This document shows positions 50,021 to 63,400 of a DNA stretch of 64,000 bases, piece by piece; within the stretch, counting starts at the first letter, position 1; the number at the start of each line of letters is the position of its first letter. A model generated the notes under the pieces. That model saw only the letters and a list, made by a program, of their open reading frames with translations. It was not told the DNA's origin and searched no databases. Source of the DNA: Monocercomonoides exilis PA203 (taxonomy: Eukaryota; Protista; Preaxostyla); assembly GCA_001643675.2 (NCBI GenBank), contig LSRY02000038.1, positions 868,001 through 932,000 of the forward strand, read 5' to 3'. The position numbers and the translations under genes were made by a program.

Positions 50021-52799
50021 CTAATTGAGTACGTTGGGGATGGTCTGTGCGATGAGGAAGGAGTTCAGGCTCATTGAATCATCAATGTATTCCAACTGCT
50101 TTGACAACTCTCCAACTCTGAAGAATGAAAAAAAAAAATGAATGATAGATAGAATTATATATATGTAACAGGATCAAATGATAGATAAATAAAAAAATGG
50201 AATGACATAATGATATAAAGACATAAAGATAAAATCCCTCAAAATATAAAAATTCATAAATAAAATGTAACAATCATTCATAATCATTAATAATCCTATT
50301 CATTTATGACTATCATTCATATTCATTAACCACCAACCTTCCCATCTCCTTCACCAGAGAGAATGCTCTTTGAAGCTCTTCTGTCTCTGCCTTCGATGCT
50401 GTTCCTGACTCAAACGTGACAGTCCCTTCTTTCTCATCCAGAACTGTATAGATTCCTTGTTTGTATGCCTTTTATTTTATTTTATTTTATTTTTGGAGGG
50501 GGAAGGGGAAGAAGAAGAGAAGGAAATAAGAAAAAAGAAAAAAGAAATAAAATCAAATCAAATCAATTAAAATAAAATAAAAAATAAAAAATATTATAAA
50601 ACAACAAAATATGATATCAAAGCAAATGATAAATAACACGAATATTCCATTTCTCTTTTCTTTGTCTTTGTCTTTCCTCACAAAATGCACAAACCATGTC
50701 GAGAATCGTGTGGATGGTTTCGCTTGTGGTGCTGCACTGTGTCTTTGTCCTCACATCTTTCAGCTTCATCGCACCAAAAGTCTGATTAGATATGATTGAG
50801 GAATTAGAAATAAATAAATAAAGAAATAAAGAAAGAAAGAAAAAAAGAAAAAAAGAAAGAAAGAAAAAAAGAAAAAAAGAAAGAAGATGAAGAAAGTATT
50901 TAAAAAGGAAAATGATTCATAGAGATAGAATAACATCAAAATATTAAAAACATCAAGAAAAGATAAAGAAAATTATATTGAAAAATATCAAAAAAAAAAT
51001 GCCATTATAAAATTCAAAGAAATTCAATGATAAATAAATAAGCATGTGTGATATGTTCATCTTTTTTCATTATTTTTATAACTTCTTCCTTCCTTTTTTC
51101 TTTCTCCTTTTCTTCTTTCTCCTTCTCTTTCTCTCTTTCTCCTTCTCTTTCCTCCTTCTCTTTCTCCACCCACACATACCTGTATCATTCTCGAGAACTG
51201 CCTCTCCTTCATCGACTTTGCCACAATGCGTGCCAAGCCGAGTGTTGCGTCCTTCACAAACTCCTCTTCTAGCTCAGTCACTCGTGCTGCAACAATGTTG
51301 AAGTCCACAAGAAGATCATCTTTGGAAGAAGAAGAAGAAGGGGAGGAGGAAGAGGAAGAGGAGGAAGAAGCAGAAGGAGAAGAGGAAGAAGAAGGGTTCA
51401 TTTCATTAGCAGAAGAAGAAGAGGAGGAAGAGGAAGATGAAGAAGAAGCAGTAACACACGCCATCATCAGGCGCTGGTATGGCTCAGTGTGCTGGATGAG
51501 TTCAGAGAGGTTTGTTTCGCTCATGTGGGCGATGGGCGATGGAGGATAGCCATCTGCAATGAGAGAGACGAGAATGTAGCGCTTGTACATCATCAGCACA
51601 ACTGAAGTGAGCTTGGAGAAGGGGACAGTCAGACCCTTAGGGAATGAAAAGGGAAAAAAAATTTGGAGTGTATATTTAATATAATATAATATAATATAAT
51701 ATAATATAAATATAAATATATTATTATTATTATTAGAAAATTAAATAAATAAATAAATATGAATATAAATATAAATGAAACAAAATAAATTGAAATATAA
51801 TAATTAAAAAGAAGACACAAAAATTATAAGAAGAATGAAAGATGATAAAGAGATTGGATAACGGTAAAAATACATATCATTTTTGATTTCAAATGAGCAA
51901 ATGTTTGAAAAAAAGATATTTTAACACGATTCAAAAGCAACAAAGAATAATTCGAACAACTAACGAAGAGTATAAAAAACATACCATTTTAAACAAACGT
52001 TGAGCATCTGAAAACTTGTGATAATGAGAGCAGATCAATCCAGCATTATAAAAATACAATTGGATTTGTGAAATCTTCATGTCTTTTGAGAAAATACCAA
52101 AAACTGGGCGTGTAACATATGGATAAGCAGCATCTAAATACTTCATTTTTAAGCATTGCTGAAATAAATTAATTTTACAAAAAGATAAATGCACTCAAAA
52201 ATCAATATTTTAGAATTCTCAAACCTCAAGAAACATTACATCAATATCAGAGATTTCTCTTTGTGGATTGTCAAGTACTTTCATGCAGCATCGAAGTATA
52301 AAAAGCATTGCGAATGGATTTTTGTTTTCGAAGTATTTGTTGCACCATTCGACAATATCCAGTACTTGATCAGTAAAACGATAAAATCCGTCTAAATACA
52401 TCTTATCAACAAATTCCAACTGTCTGAAAAATTCATAAACTTCAAGAAATAGCTCATCTCTTGGCTTGAGATCTTGAATTTTTAAAGAGCTGAGAAAAGT
52501 TATCAATCCTAAAAATAAATTGACATTCAAAATAAAAGGCAAACAGAAGATAACAATGGGCCAATGGGTGTTCTGAAGTTGGTAAGTGTGGTAGTATTGC
52601 AGATATTTGTACCTTTTGATTCGTTAAAAATTTCTAAAAAAAGTAATTGCATTCGATTAGTACATCAGCCACCTTTGTTATTTCAAACCTCATTTCCATG
52701 AATATAGTCGAAAAGTTCTTCAGGTGATGTGCGGAAAGTTCTTGCGTCTGTTATAAACCTTTCTATTTTTTCCCCGATTGTTTGAGGTTGGAACATCAT
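50021..52799 (-). CDS. CSN3: COP9 signalosome subunit 3 (PCI domain), multi-exon
   Basis: AAYPYV..LYFYNAGLI, MYKRYILVSLI, FVKDATLGLA, LDEKEGTVTF and LEYIDDSMSLN parallel the CSN3 motifs YYYYGGMI, SYKKYILVSLI and FTRDNNMGLV. Stop TAG at 50021. Confidence 0.8.
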
Positions 52800-53804
52800 C
52801 TGGCGAAAAATTCAGATATATTATGGGTGATTCCCAGTTTTGTGGTTTATGTTAATGCATATTGTTTTGAAAATCAATGTCAATAAAATTCAATGGATAT
52901 TACATTGTTTGAAATTTGAAATTACAACAATTTATGATTAATTTGTTGAAGTTAATTGAATGATAAGATTTTTATCAAAAAAAATTCTTTTTTCATCTAT
53001 TGTAAATTGCAGTTTTTATTTTTAAGTTGTTTAAAAATTTGGAACAAAAATAGAACAAAGAAAATATTTACATATCACGAACATATAAATCTCTTTTGGT
53101 ATTCTCAATTAACAAAGGCATTACAAAAAGTATCGATAAACTCTTTATCATACGAAAAAGAAAAAGAAAACTTTGAATTTTTTCAAAAAAAACGCATTAA
53201 AATAAAAAGTGCTCTGAAAAGAATATTAAAAACAAATGACGAATGAGCTGTAATATATATATGTATATATATATGCATACAAATATACTTTAATGAAATT
53301 CATTGGGAAAAACAACGAATTTTTTAACATGAAAAAGAATTGTAATTGTAAAAAACAAAGCACTGAAATAAAAAGACAAAAAAATTGACACGAATATCAC
53401 GCTTGCAAAAGAAAAATTTATCGATTTTCCGTCTCAATTGCAAATGTACATAGTTAATTGTCCATTCAGAAAAAATAACACATTTCTATATTATCAAAAT
53501 TTACAGTCATTAAACAACAAGAAAACTCCAACATTTATCTCGAAGAAAATCTCAATTTCTGAAAACTTCTCAAACAAAACAACAATATCTTGTCTCTTTA
53601 AAATCTCAAAAAGCAAATAATTAAAATAAAATAAAATAAAATAAAATAAAATAAAATAATATAAAAATATCAATAAAAATAACTTATTGCTCGTTTTCTT
53701 TTTCTTTTTCATTCTTCGGATCCAAAACAAATGTCTAAATCAAAATGCGACAAACCAAACTTCAATTGTATTTAAAATTTGTGTTGCTTCGCATCAATTT
53801 TTGA

Positions 53805-55794
53805 TTATTGTGGGAAAATATCCTTATACAAAAATTGATGTTCATCGTAACCTTTTTCATATTTCATTTTGGCATATTCGTTTGCTGAAATTCGACGAGC
53901 TTCCAAACATTCAGCAAGGGGCTTCAAATAATCTTCTTCTTCTTCTTCCAATGGTATCAAGCTCACAGGAACTTTCCTAGCGTCTGAGTTGAGATATATG
54001 CTATCCACATTTATTTCTTCTTTTGTTGTTGGATTTTCTTCTTTTTCTTTTTCTTCTTCTTCTTCTTCTTTTTGGACCTCATTCAGAAACATAGCGCAGA
54101 CAGGACAAATTTTTGTATCGCATTTTGCTTTCATTCTGGCTGCAATAAGTTCTCCCTTTTCAACTTTTGTGCTTTGATCAGAGTCAAACAGAGTAATATG
54201 CACATACAAAACATCGATGGCACCTTCTTCTTCACAGACGTATTCCAGCATCTCCAGCAAACTACCACGCAACGGCTGAGGAAGGCAGGCATATTGTTTG
54301 AGATTATATCCATTTATCAATTTGAGATGCGGCACAATATGAACATTCGAAGACAAAGCTGCAAAAACATTCAAAAGTGCCTTTGCTGCCTCTTCTCTCA
54401 TCGTGTCGCTTGTAGTTTCGCACAATAAGCAAGCAATTCTTTCTATTAAATCTCTTTTGACGAATGTTGTAATCCCCTGCAAAATAGGAATAGAAAGCCA
54501 CGTTTGAAAACACCTCAGTGCAACCTTACAAAAACGCATCATCATTTCCTTGGTGCTTTTCTCTTCGCAAAACAATCCATTGGCCATCCGCTGGAAATTC
54601 GCACCGCCAGAAGAGTACATATTTCTCCTTTCGTCATCAACATCGAAAAATCTGCTCCCTCTAAATATTTCCTTCCAATTTTCTTTGTTCCAATCTTCAA
54701 ACAAGTATCCCTTCACTTTCTCCACAGTTCTATCTTTATTTGTCAGCAATTCCACAAACGCTTCATGATGCTAGCTTGTGATGGTGTATAAGCATTTCAT
54801 TGCATTCAGAGCAATGGAACAGACTGGTCCCTTCGAATACACTGATGGTGTCCAACCAGAAGAATACATGCTGTGCAGTGTTTGTGAATGCTGCAAGAAG
54901 CCTGATGGATTTGGAGCAGAAATAAACGAATCAATGGCAAGCAAACTGTTTGTGTTCGCATCCTTACCACAGTCAAGAATAATTTTTGAATTAAAATAGT
55001 CACTTAGCATATCCAATGCATCCAAGACAACAGAATGAATGCTGTTCGACAATAAACCATGAACCCACTCTCCAATATGGTCAGGATCCTCATATCCAAA
55101 AAATGGAGTGCATCCTATAAAAATATTAATATCGCAAATAATAATAACAATAATACTCAAAAATTATTAAAAATGCTTTGATTGAATAAGGATACCGCAA
55201 TTTATTGTGAAACATCGAAAAGTTGCTGTTGTGTATAAGCATATGTCTTCATCATCACATTCACCCAAATGAGCCAATTCATCTTCGATTGTATTCACCC
55301 TGTCTTCCATTAAAAAACATGGAATAGATTTCACAAGACGCATGGCTGCTTCTGGAAGATTTTCAGCATCTACAGATACTTCATCACACAAGCCATAATG
55401 GGCAAAACACGTAATTCAACTCGCGTGCCCAAGTGTTCGAGCTGCTAAAACTTCAATAGGATCTTGGAATTTTCTGCTAATTGTTTTCAATTTTTCTGTT
55501 AGGAAATAGCTGTCACAGATGTTTTGTGTGTCAAAATCCTTTGGATTGGCAACTTTTAAAAGATGATAAAGCCTTTTCAGCGGCTTCTCCAACAGTTTCT
55601 CTTCTTTCTGCATAATTTCTGATGATCATTGGGAAATTAAAAATAAAAATAAAAATTTGAATTTTCAACAGAGCTGAAAAATAATCAAAACCTTTTTTTA
55701 AGGTCTGAAATTCTTCAATAACGTCAAACTTTTTATTATCTGCTTGATTTTGTCCATCAAAATCACTTTTTTCTAGTTCATCGAATTTTTTCAT
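53805..55794 (-). CDS. Hypothetical ARM-like helical protein, multi-exon, with two in-frame stops or short 3n introns
   Basis: Chain of minus-strand ORFs with helical-repeat character (REEAAKALLNVFAALS). In-frame TGA at 55416 and TAG at 54771. Confidence 0.6.
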
Positions 55795-56264
55795 TAATGA
55801 AACGAAATATGTTTTCAAAAATATTTATCTGAGTTTTTTCTCAATTGATAATATTAATATGGGCAAATCGAAAAAAGTTTTGTTTAATTTAATTGCAATA
55901 TTTCTTCAATAATGAAAAATATTACTGTTTGTTCCAAACTTTAACTCTTTCCTATCAAAATCAATCTTGCATTCTCATATATCATTTCTAACAAAATAAA
56001 AAAAAAAATTGAAAAAAAATAAGAGTTATAATTGAATCAAACAAAATTCAAAACACAAAAGATTTTATCCCATTTGTTTTTTATTTGACTTTCCTAATTA
56101 TTTGTCAAATAAAGCATAGCAATAAATTTTAGTTGAACAGATTTTATCTTTACATTTGGGTGATTTTTTTTGAGATGATAATCTCGTTCAATGTTTGATC
56201 TTTTTTTTGAATTTTTGTGGGACAACTTTTTAAATACATTGGAAATTAATTAATATGATAAATC

Positions 56265-56320
56265 TAGCCCTGGGTGACGTGAAGAAAAAATTCGTCACGT
56301 CCGTCACCAATTTTCCACTT

Positions 56321-56379
<59 letters not shown>

Positions 56380-59300
56380 ATGAATAGAAATTATTTATTG
56401 AATACATTATGTATTTATTTGAAATAAAAATTTTTCAACTTTGAAAACAGAAATAGAAATCATGAATACCATTATAAAAAATATATCGATTTTAAAACAA
56501 TTTTTTTCCAATTAATGCATTGTTTTTAACCCCAAATAATGGATGAACTGTGTGAATGAAGAAAATTTGATAGTTATAGTAAGTGTTTGCTATGTGCGAA
56601 TATTTTATTTCCCATCTTGTATTCATCGAAATTAAAATTTAAAAGTGGCATAGCTTCAAAGTATCATATCTTTTAGTAGTGCAGGAGAAGCTTGAATCTG
56701 AAAAAATTGCAGGTGTGCAATTGTTGAAATATATGAATTCTTGAAGAATTGGATTGTCACTTAATTCTAAATTCAGACATTAAAAATGAATTTGAAGAAA
56801 GTACTGTGAATGTGCGGGAAAAGAAAAATGAAGAAGCGATTTGTATGACTTATTAAAAGCACGTTTGTAATTGATTTATTTTTCAGAATCGTATTTATCT
56901 GTCAAATAGAAAAAATATAAAAGAAAAGATAATATCAATTGATGATACATGTTTGCAGTTGAAGCAGATTGAACAGCGAAAGCAATGAAACTTTTAATGA
57001 TACATTTTGGAGTTGAAGTTGAACAGAAGAACAATAAAGATGATAATGAATGGAAATGAAAAGATAGAAGAAAAGGATTAAAGGCTACTGGCTGATCTTT
57101 GTGAATACTTTGTTTTGCTTTGTGATGATTTCAGTTCAACAAATTTACGATTTATCATCGTGACTTGCATTCTGAAAGCTTCATTGATCAAAGAAGATAA
57201 CAAGGAAGCTCAAAAAGAAGTGGAAATGGCTTCATTGTGTTCAAGTTGCATTGTAACGAAACTGTGTGAGTATTTCAAATTCCTTTTTGATATTATTGAT
57301 TGTTTATCTCTTTTTTTTGAAAGGAAAATGAACAAAAACCTTATCTGTATGAAATCAAAGGAATTATTAGATATCAAGTGATGTACAACTTTACTCATCT
57401 TGCCTATCAGTCTGCCTTGAAGTTATTGACAAAATGGTGCAATAACGTTGAAAAGTTGAAAGAAACTGTCGTTTATTGGAAACATCCAGGGAGAGAAGCA
57501 GCCAGAAAACAGGAAGAGTCGATAAAATGTGTTCAATGGAAGAGAAAAAAGGAAGAAAAAGGAAGAATAGAAGTTTTAATAATTAGGAGATGACTTGATG
57601 AAATTTTAAAGTTCTTTGCTGTGTGCAAATTGAGAAATAAAGAATATATTGGACTCATAGTGAAAATTCTTCAGCTGTTTAAAAGCTGCAACAGAAAACA
57701 ACGGGAGAATGAGCAAGAGATGTATTCGCATAACGAAAAACGGAGCTTCCAACGGGGGAAGCGAAAACTGAAGATTTGCAAACAGTCAGAGCGATAGATG
57801 TTGTTTTTTACTATTCATCAACTCATTTAAAATGATATATGGACACTCGAATTTTCACTGTTTTTTGTTGATTGAAAGAACATAAGAACTGTTTATTCTG
57901 CGAAAAAGAAAGCGCAAAAAAATGATCATTTTTATAAAGAAAGAAGAAAAGGAAATGAAGATGTCCAAAAATTTTCTTGAAATATTGGATTTTCACAACA
58001 CAAAGAATTTCCTGCACTTATCGTTGAGTTTATTTTTATTCTTTAGTGATATTTTGAGGAAATGAAATGTTTGAATTTTCCAACGATAATATTCTATTAT
58101 TTTCTATTTTTCTCATTTCACAAATAGAAAACAATTGCTTTTGGCTTTGATAAAGTAATTATATTTATTTATTATTATTATTATTTAAAATGAAGAGAAA
58201 CTTCAACAAAAAAATCATAAATAAAAAATAGAAATGTCTTGCATTTATGACTTGACCTTTCTTCTTTTTCTTCACTCCTCCTCAAACTTCTTTCACACTT
58301 TTTTATTGGAGAGTAACAAATTCTGAGTTCCTTATTCTATTATTCATCTTCTTCGCTTTCATAATCTCCGTTCTTTTCCTCAGTTTTTTCTGGATTTTTC
58401 TCGGTTTTCTTTAATATTTTTATTTTCAAAAAACATAAGGATGAAACGAAACAGTGAAGAAAACCGGATTAAGCAGTAATAATTACAACGGGATAAAGAA
58501 GATGCACTTCCATTTCAATCAGCCGACGCTCAGAATGCAGAAAAGAAAATATATTGATCTGATTTGTAGATAATTAATTCACAATCACAGTTGAAATATA
58601 ATAAATAATCATTCACAAAGCACACATTTACAAGACTTTTCAGTTCAAGCAATTATGAGAAATCAACATCACATGCAGAAATAATGTGGATTTTAACTTG
58701 TCTACACTTTGCACGAGGGATTCCACTCCATTGGGGGAAAATGTTCATATTACCTCCAACTCAGTCTGTGCATTTTCCACATATATATCTTATGCCAATA
58801 TTTCTATTTTAATTGGGAATAGAATGGATGGTTTCATTCCTTTTTGTTTGTTGATTTTCATCAAAAGCAGAATTGGATGTCGAAAACGATTCATTTAATA
58901 GTTATAAAAAGACATGGCTTGATGTGAAACTTTCTTTCAATGATAATTGCTCACTTCAAATCGAATAAGATAGAAAAATGAAATAATCAAAAAAAATTGT
59001 TGAAAATAATGAAAAACTTGTTCCCAATTCAGTTTCATATTGAACATTATTTGAATAAAGTTATTGTTGATTCTGTGCTTCATCTTTTGAGTTTTAAAGT
59101 GATACGTTTACGAGAAAATAGAGATTCAACTTTTTACAATTGATTTATAATGGGCAAAAGTCACTCTGAAAAGCTATGAATCAGATTCCAGCTTCATTCA
59201 TCCGATGTTGAAGTTTTGAAAGTTCTTTTGCATTTTCAAATAATCTGACTTCACCTGACGTCAGCGTCTTTGAGACGTCAGTGACGAGTGAAAATTCCGA

Positions 59301-59526
59301 TTGCCGCTATCACGTCAGTCAAAAATGTGTTATGGTTATTTTGATTTGAAGAATTAGATAATAATTTCTCACAAAAATTGAAAAATACAGTTTTTTCAAG
59401 AAAAATATAAAATATAATGTTGAAACTTTTATTTTTTTTTTTTTTTTTTTGTGACGTGGAAAAATCTGTCACGTCCGTCAAAAATAGAAAATGTCACGTC
59501 AGAAGTCACCACGTCACCCAGGGCTA
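56265..59526. mobile_element. 3.26-kb non-autonomous hAT-type element carrying a host gene fragment
   Basis: Perfect 17-bp TIRs TAGCCCTGGGTGACGTG, exact 8-bp TSD GATAAATC (56257-56264 and 59527-59534), subterminal GTCACGTC repeats and mirrored poly(A)/poly(T). No transposase ORF seen. Confidence 0.85.
56780..57810 (+). pseudogene. Decayed paralog of the 47613-49159 family, inside the hAT element
   Basis: RLLADLCEYFVLL, QKEVEMASL, NFTHLAYQSAL and REAARKQEE..QWKRKKEE..VLIIRR are collinear with the intact gene, with stops, frameshifts and a retained intron at about 57267-57322. Confidence 0.8.
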
Positions 59527-59910
59527 GATAAATCATCATTTTTTGTAATATTTTTAATACGCAAATTTGGATTGATTCAATTTTCGAAAATAACCATAAT
59601 TGTTCGAGCATAAAGCAATTTCTTTTTTGCTGCTTATTATTCGGTCGTGCAAACTTTTTGATGTTCGAAGAATATAAATTTTCAATCTTTAATAAGTTTC
59701 ATTTTCTAAAAATATTTAATTGTTCATGAACACACATGAATGGAAGCTTTTCATTCTTTTCAATTTTTTTTTGAGATTTCTCGAGATAAGCAATATGGGT
59801 GATTTTTTTTGATATCATAAAAAATTCCGACGTTTGATCAAAAATATTTTTCATTAAGGGTTGTGTTGATAAGAAAAATGAAAGTGAATGATCATGTAAA
59901 TGCATTGCAA

Positions 59911-60180
59911 AAAATATGGGTGATTATTTTTGATGTCATATTTTTCCATTTAAAAATTTCGGTTCGAAAAAACTCCCTTGAATATTAACAAATGAACATT
60001 GAAAAGAGAAATAGCATTTTCATAAGTCCATCGTTTTCAATTCAACTTGAACATTTGTTTTTGAAACAGTTCTGATATGTCAAGCACTTGAATGAAAATT
60101 CTATACCCAATGGCAAACAATCTTTGAAATAACAGCACACCGAAAAAAGTTATGATTTCAAAAAGAATCACCCATATTTT
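59911..60180. repeat. 270-bp MITE-like segment with imperfect TIRs beginning AAAATATGGGTGATT
   Basis: The left end AAAATATGGGTGATTATTTTTGA pairs with the right end TCAAAAAGAATCACCCATATTTT. Related motifs occur at about 14151, 56157 and 59796. Confidence 0.55.
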
Positions 60181-60439
60181 TATTATTTATTATTTGTTGA
60201 ATTAAATTTGTTACCAATCGTTTTTATTCAAATTTTGTGAAAAAATATGAAAAGTTATAAAAAAAAATATCGAAAATTCAGTTAACAGAACAAAGCTTAA
60301 GTTAACTGGTTTAAAAAACATGACAAAAATAATTGAGATAACGACAAAAATCAATATCTTAAGAAAAGAACATTTAAATAATATTATTGAAAAAGAATTT
60401 GAAAAAATAAGTTGAAATCAATAAATAAAAATAAAAACA

Positions 60440-63400
60440 TTCAATTTTCAACGCATCATCATCTGAATCGCTAACCTTCCTTTTTAATAGCCCTTTCTCC
60501 TTCAAATGCATCAATTTCTGGATCTTCAGAAAATATTGAGATTTGTGTTTTATTTTTAATTCATTCTTTAAAATTATAAACCGTCCTGTTTTTCATCAAA
60601 AAATATCATCTCCAATTCCCTTCCCAATCTCTTCATCCTGGGCACTTTCCATATGAGTTCGCTCTCCCAACTCTGTGGTCACCCTGCATAATGAGATATC
60701 CCGCTTTCAATCATTTTCATTCTTTTCCGCCTGCTGCTCTGAAAACGAAACAAAAACATCCATTAACAAATATTCATATATAGAAAAATAAATAAAGACC
60801 AAACTGCTCTTCGACTGTTTTTTGCCAAACACATTCATTTCCACAGCCATCATCATTCACAAAATCAATCTCTTCATTTCAGTCTCAGAATGGTTGAATA
60901 CAGCACGGAATGCATCTCCACAAAATACATTGTACACCTCACTGGAGGGTCAACTCAGCCTGTACACATTGTGGTGGCTGTCCAGAGGGGTTTTTTCTGT
61001 TTTTGGCATGATCATCTCCTTTAATAATATTCTCAACAATACAAAAAAGTATTTGATGTCTATCTCATCAACACCTTGCACATGAGGGATATGGGGCAGA
61101 GAAGAGATGGAAGAATATTATTTGTGGAAGGGGGTGAAAGTTGAGTGTTTTTTTGAATGTTAATGTTTCGAGAGGGGTTTTTGAATGAAAGAAATTCTGA
61201 GACAAAGGGGTGGGGAAGAGCAGGTGAAGATTTTGAGAAGATAATATAATAAATATGTTGAGAAGTTGCTAGGGATGGTGAGGAGATATTTGAGACAAAT
61301 TGGAGAAATGGAATTTGAAAAAATGGAAAAGAGTGTTAAAGTGGGCAAGAAAAGGAAAATTGCGGAATGTTAGATTGGAAGAGGGGTATTTTTTTATGAG
61401 AGGAGAAGATTTTTTGGTAGAGAATGGGAAAGATGAAGAAAAGGAACTGATGATATTTTAAGAGGATTTTGTGAGTTGAATGGAAGAGGAAAAATAAAAG
61501 AGGAAGGAAATTAAGAAATATTAATATTTTCTATTTTTGAGGGGAAAGGAGAGGAAATCGCAAAAAGTTGGTGAATTGACTTTGGAAATATACTGCCACA
61601 TTAAATTGCATCAGTCTCTCTTGCGTTATATAAGTGATTGCGAATTACTGCTCAAACAGAAATCAACTTATCGGAAAAAAATTTTTTTGATTAACTGACA
61701 ACACATAAAATACAACCCCACTCTTCCTCGGAAAAAATTTAGAATTTGCTACGGATTTCTCGATAACCATTAAAATTCATTTTCTTCACCTTCTTCACCT
61801 TCTTCACCTTCTTCACCTTCTTCACCTTCTTCACCTTCTTCACCTTCTTCACCTTCTTCACCTTCTTCACCTTCTTCACCTTCTTCACCTTCTTCACCTT
61901 CTTCACCTTCTTCACCTTCTTCACCTTCTTCACCTTCTTCACCTTCTTCACCTTCTTCACCTTCTTCACTTTCACCTTCATTTTCATCTTATTCCTCGAA
62001 TTCTTTATGATCTTCTTGTCATTCTTTGCATTTTTTGCCATCAACCTCGTCAGATGTAATGTACGTTAATTTTTCATGGACAGATAGAATGTCTTTTCTG
62101 TTTGTTACAAGAATTGTTGGATAATCACTCAAAAGCTGCCAATTATACGGGGATACCAGACTTTATTGATAAACTTGAATCTGTTTATTTTAAATATTGC
62201 GATTATAATTAACGATTCCTTCGAAGTTATCTTATCGAGCACAATATATTGACCAATCAATAAAATCATAAGAAGCCTTCTCATATTTTTCTTCGGAAGA
62301 ATAATTTGATTAAAAACTGTTTTCTCTATTAATGAAAACATTCACCTTCATCTTCTTTTTCAATGATATTTCCTATCACTTCGCTTTTGATCAATCTATC
62401 TTTCTTCGTATGAATATGGGATGTTCAATAAGCCGCTTTAATTCACCAGCTATAAATAATTACATCCACTTTTCTTTCTCTCCACAGCAACATCATCGCT
62501 ACCAAAGCATTTTGCGGAACTGAAGGGTGTGCATTTGAACCTCTTTACTCTTCAACAGCGGATCATCCTGCTCTGCTTCAGAACTTCATACGGCTTCAGC
62601 GCTCCGGCTATGCAGAATGGGGGTGAATGGGTATCTCTGAGAAATGGAAGTGGAAGAGGGAAGGAGCTTCAAGGCACATTGCGTTTATCTGCTCGCTTAA
62701 TGACATCTCCAAGAAGCGAAGAGAGAGAAGCGCATGTTCAAATGGAAGAAGCAAAGAAGGTGGATTTCAGAAGCAAATTAGGCGCAGAGCAGAGGAAAGT
62801 GAGGCAGCAGGAAGATCCAAAGGCGAAGACGAAGACGAAAGAGAAAGACTAGTTTTGCACATCGCAAATTCATACATTCGATGCAAAACTTGCACAGGCA
62901 GCAACAGAAAGGAAGGGGAAGGGGAAGAAGATGGGGATAAGGAGGAGGAGAAGGAGGTGATGATGAAGGTGAGCATCATCAGGCATTTTTCTCGTTCGAC
63001 TGCACACTCTCATATATTCGGATGCACACTTTAAACACCACAGCCTCCTCGACAATTGCCACCCCTCTTTTTTCTCCCTTGCCACACACGCAATTGTCTG
63101 CCTCTTCTATTCTTGTTGGAACTTCTCCAGGGCCACTCAATCATTCATCTCAGCCACATACTCCTCTTCTCTCGCACAAAAGTCCATCTGCAAATCTTAC
63201 ACAAGCTCTGCCTCTTTATCGAACATGTCTTCTTCTTCCTCTCCTTCTTCTTCCTCTCCTTCTTCTTCTATTTCTTCCTTCTCGCTGCCACCGCTTGTGG
63301 GATACTTGGAAAGAACATATAATGCAATGCGGATGTATTTGTGAGCAGCAGCGTGTAAGCTACGAGAGATGTGTTTTAGCAACAGAGCATCCTTCTGATC

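Noticed and set aside
15729-52799. CAND1, CSN3 and a RING E3 as a functional cullin-regulation cluster
   Set aside because: They are spread over 37 kb with unrelated genes between them, so chance co-location is sufficient.
55416-55418. In-frame TGA as selenocysteine
   Set aside because: There is no redox motif context or recognisable SECIS element, and a 42-nt intron explains it more simply.
56325-56377. Poly(A) as a retrotransposon tail
   Set aside because: It is mirrored by poly(T) at the other hAT end, with no separate TSD or reverse transcriptase remnant.
61739-62044. (KKV)n ORF as a real protein
   Set aside because: It is an alternate-frame reading of the 9-bp tandem array.
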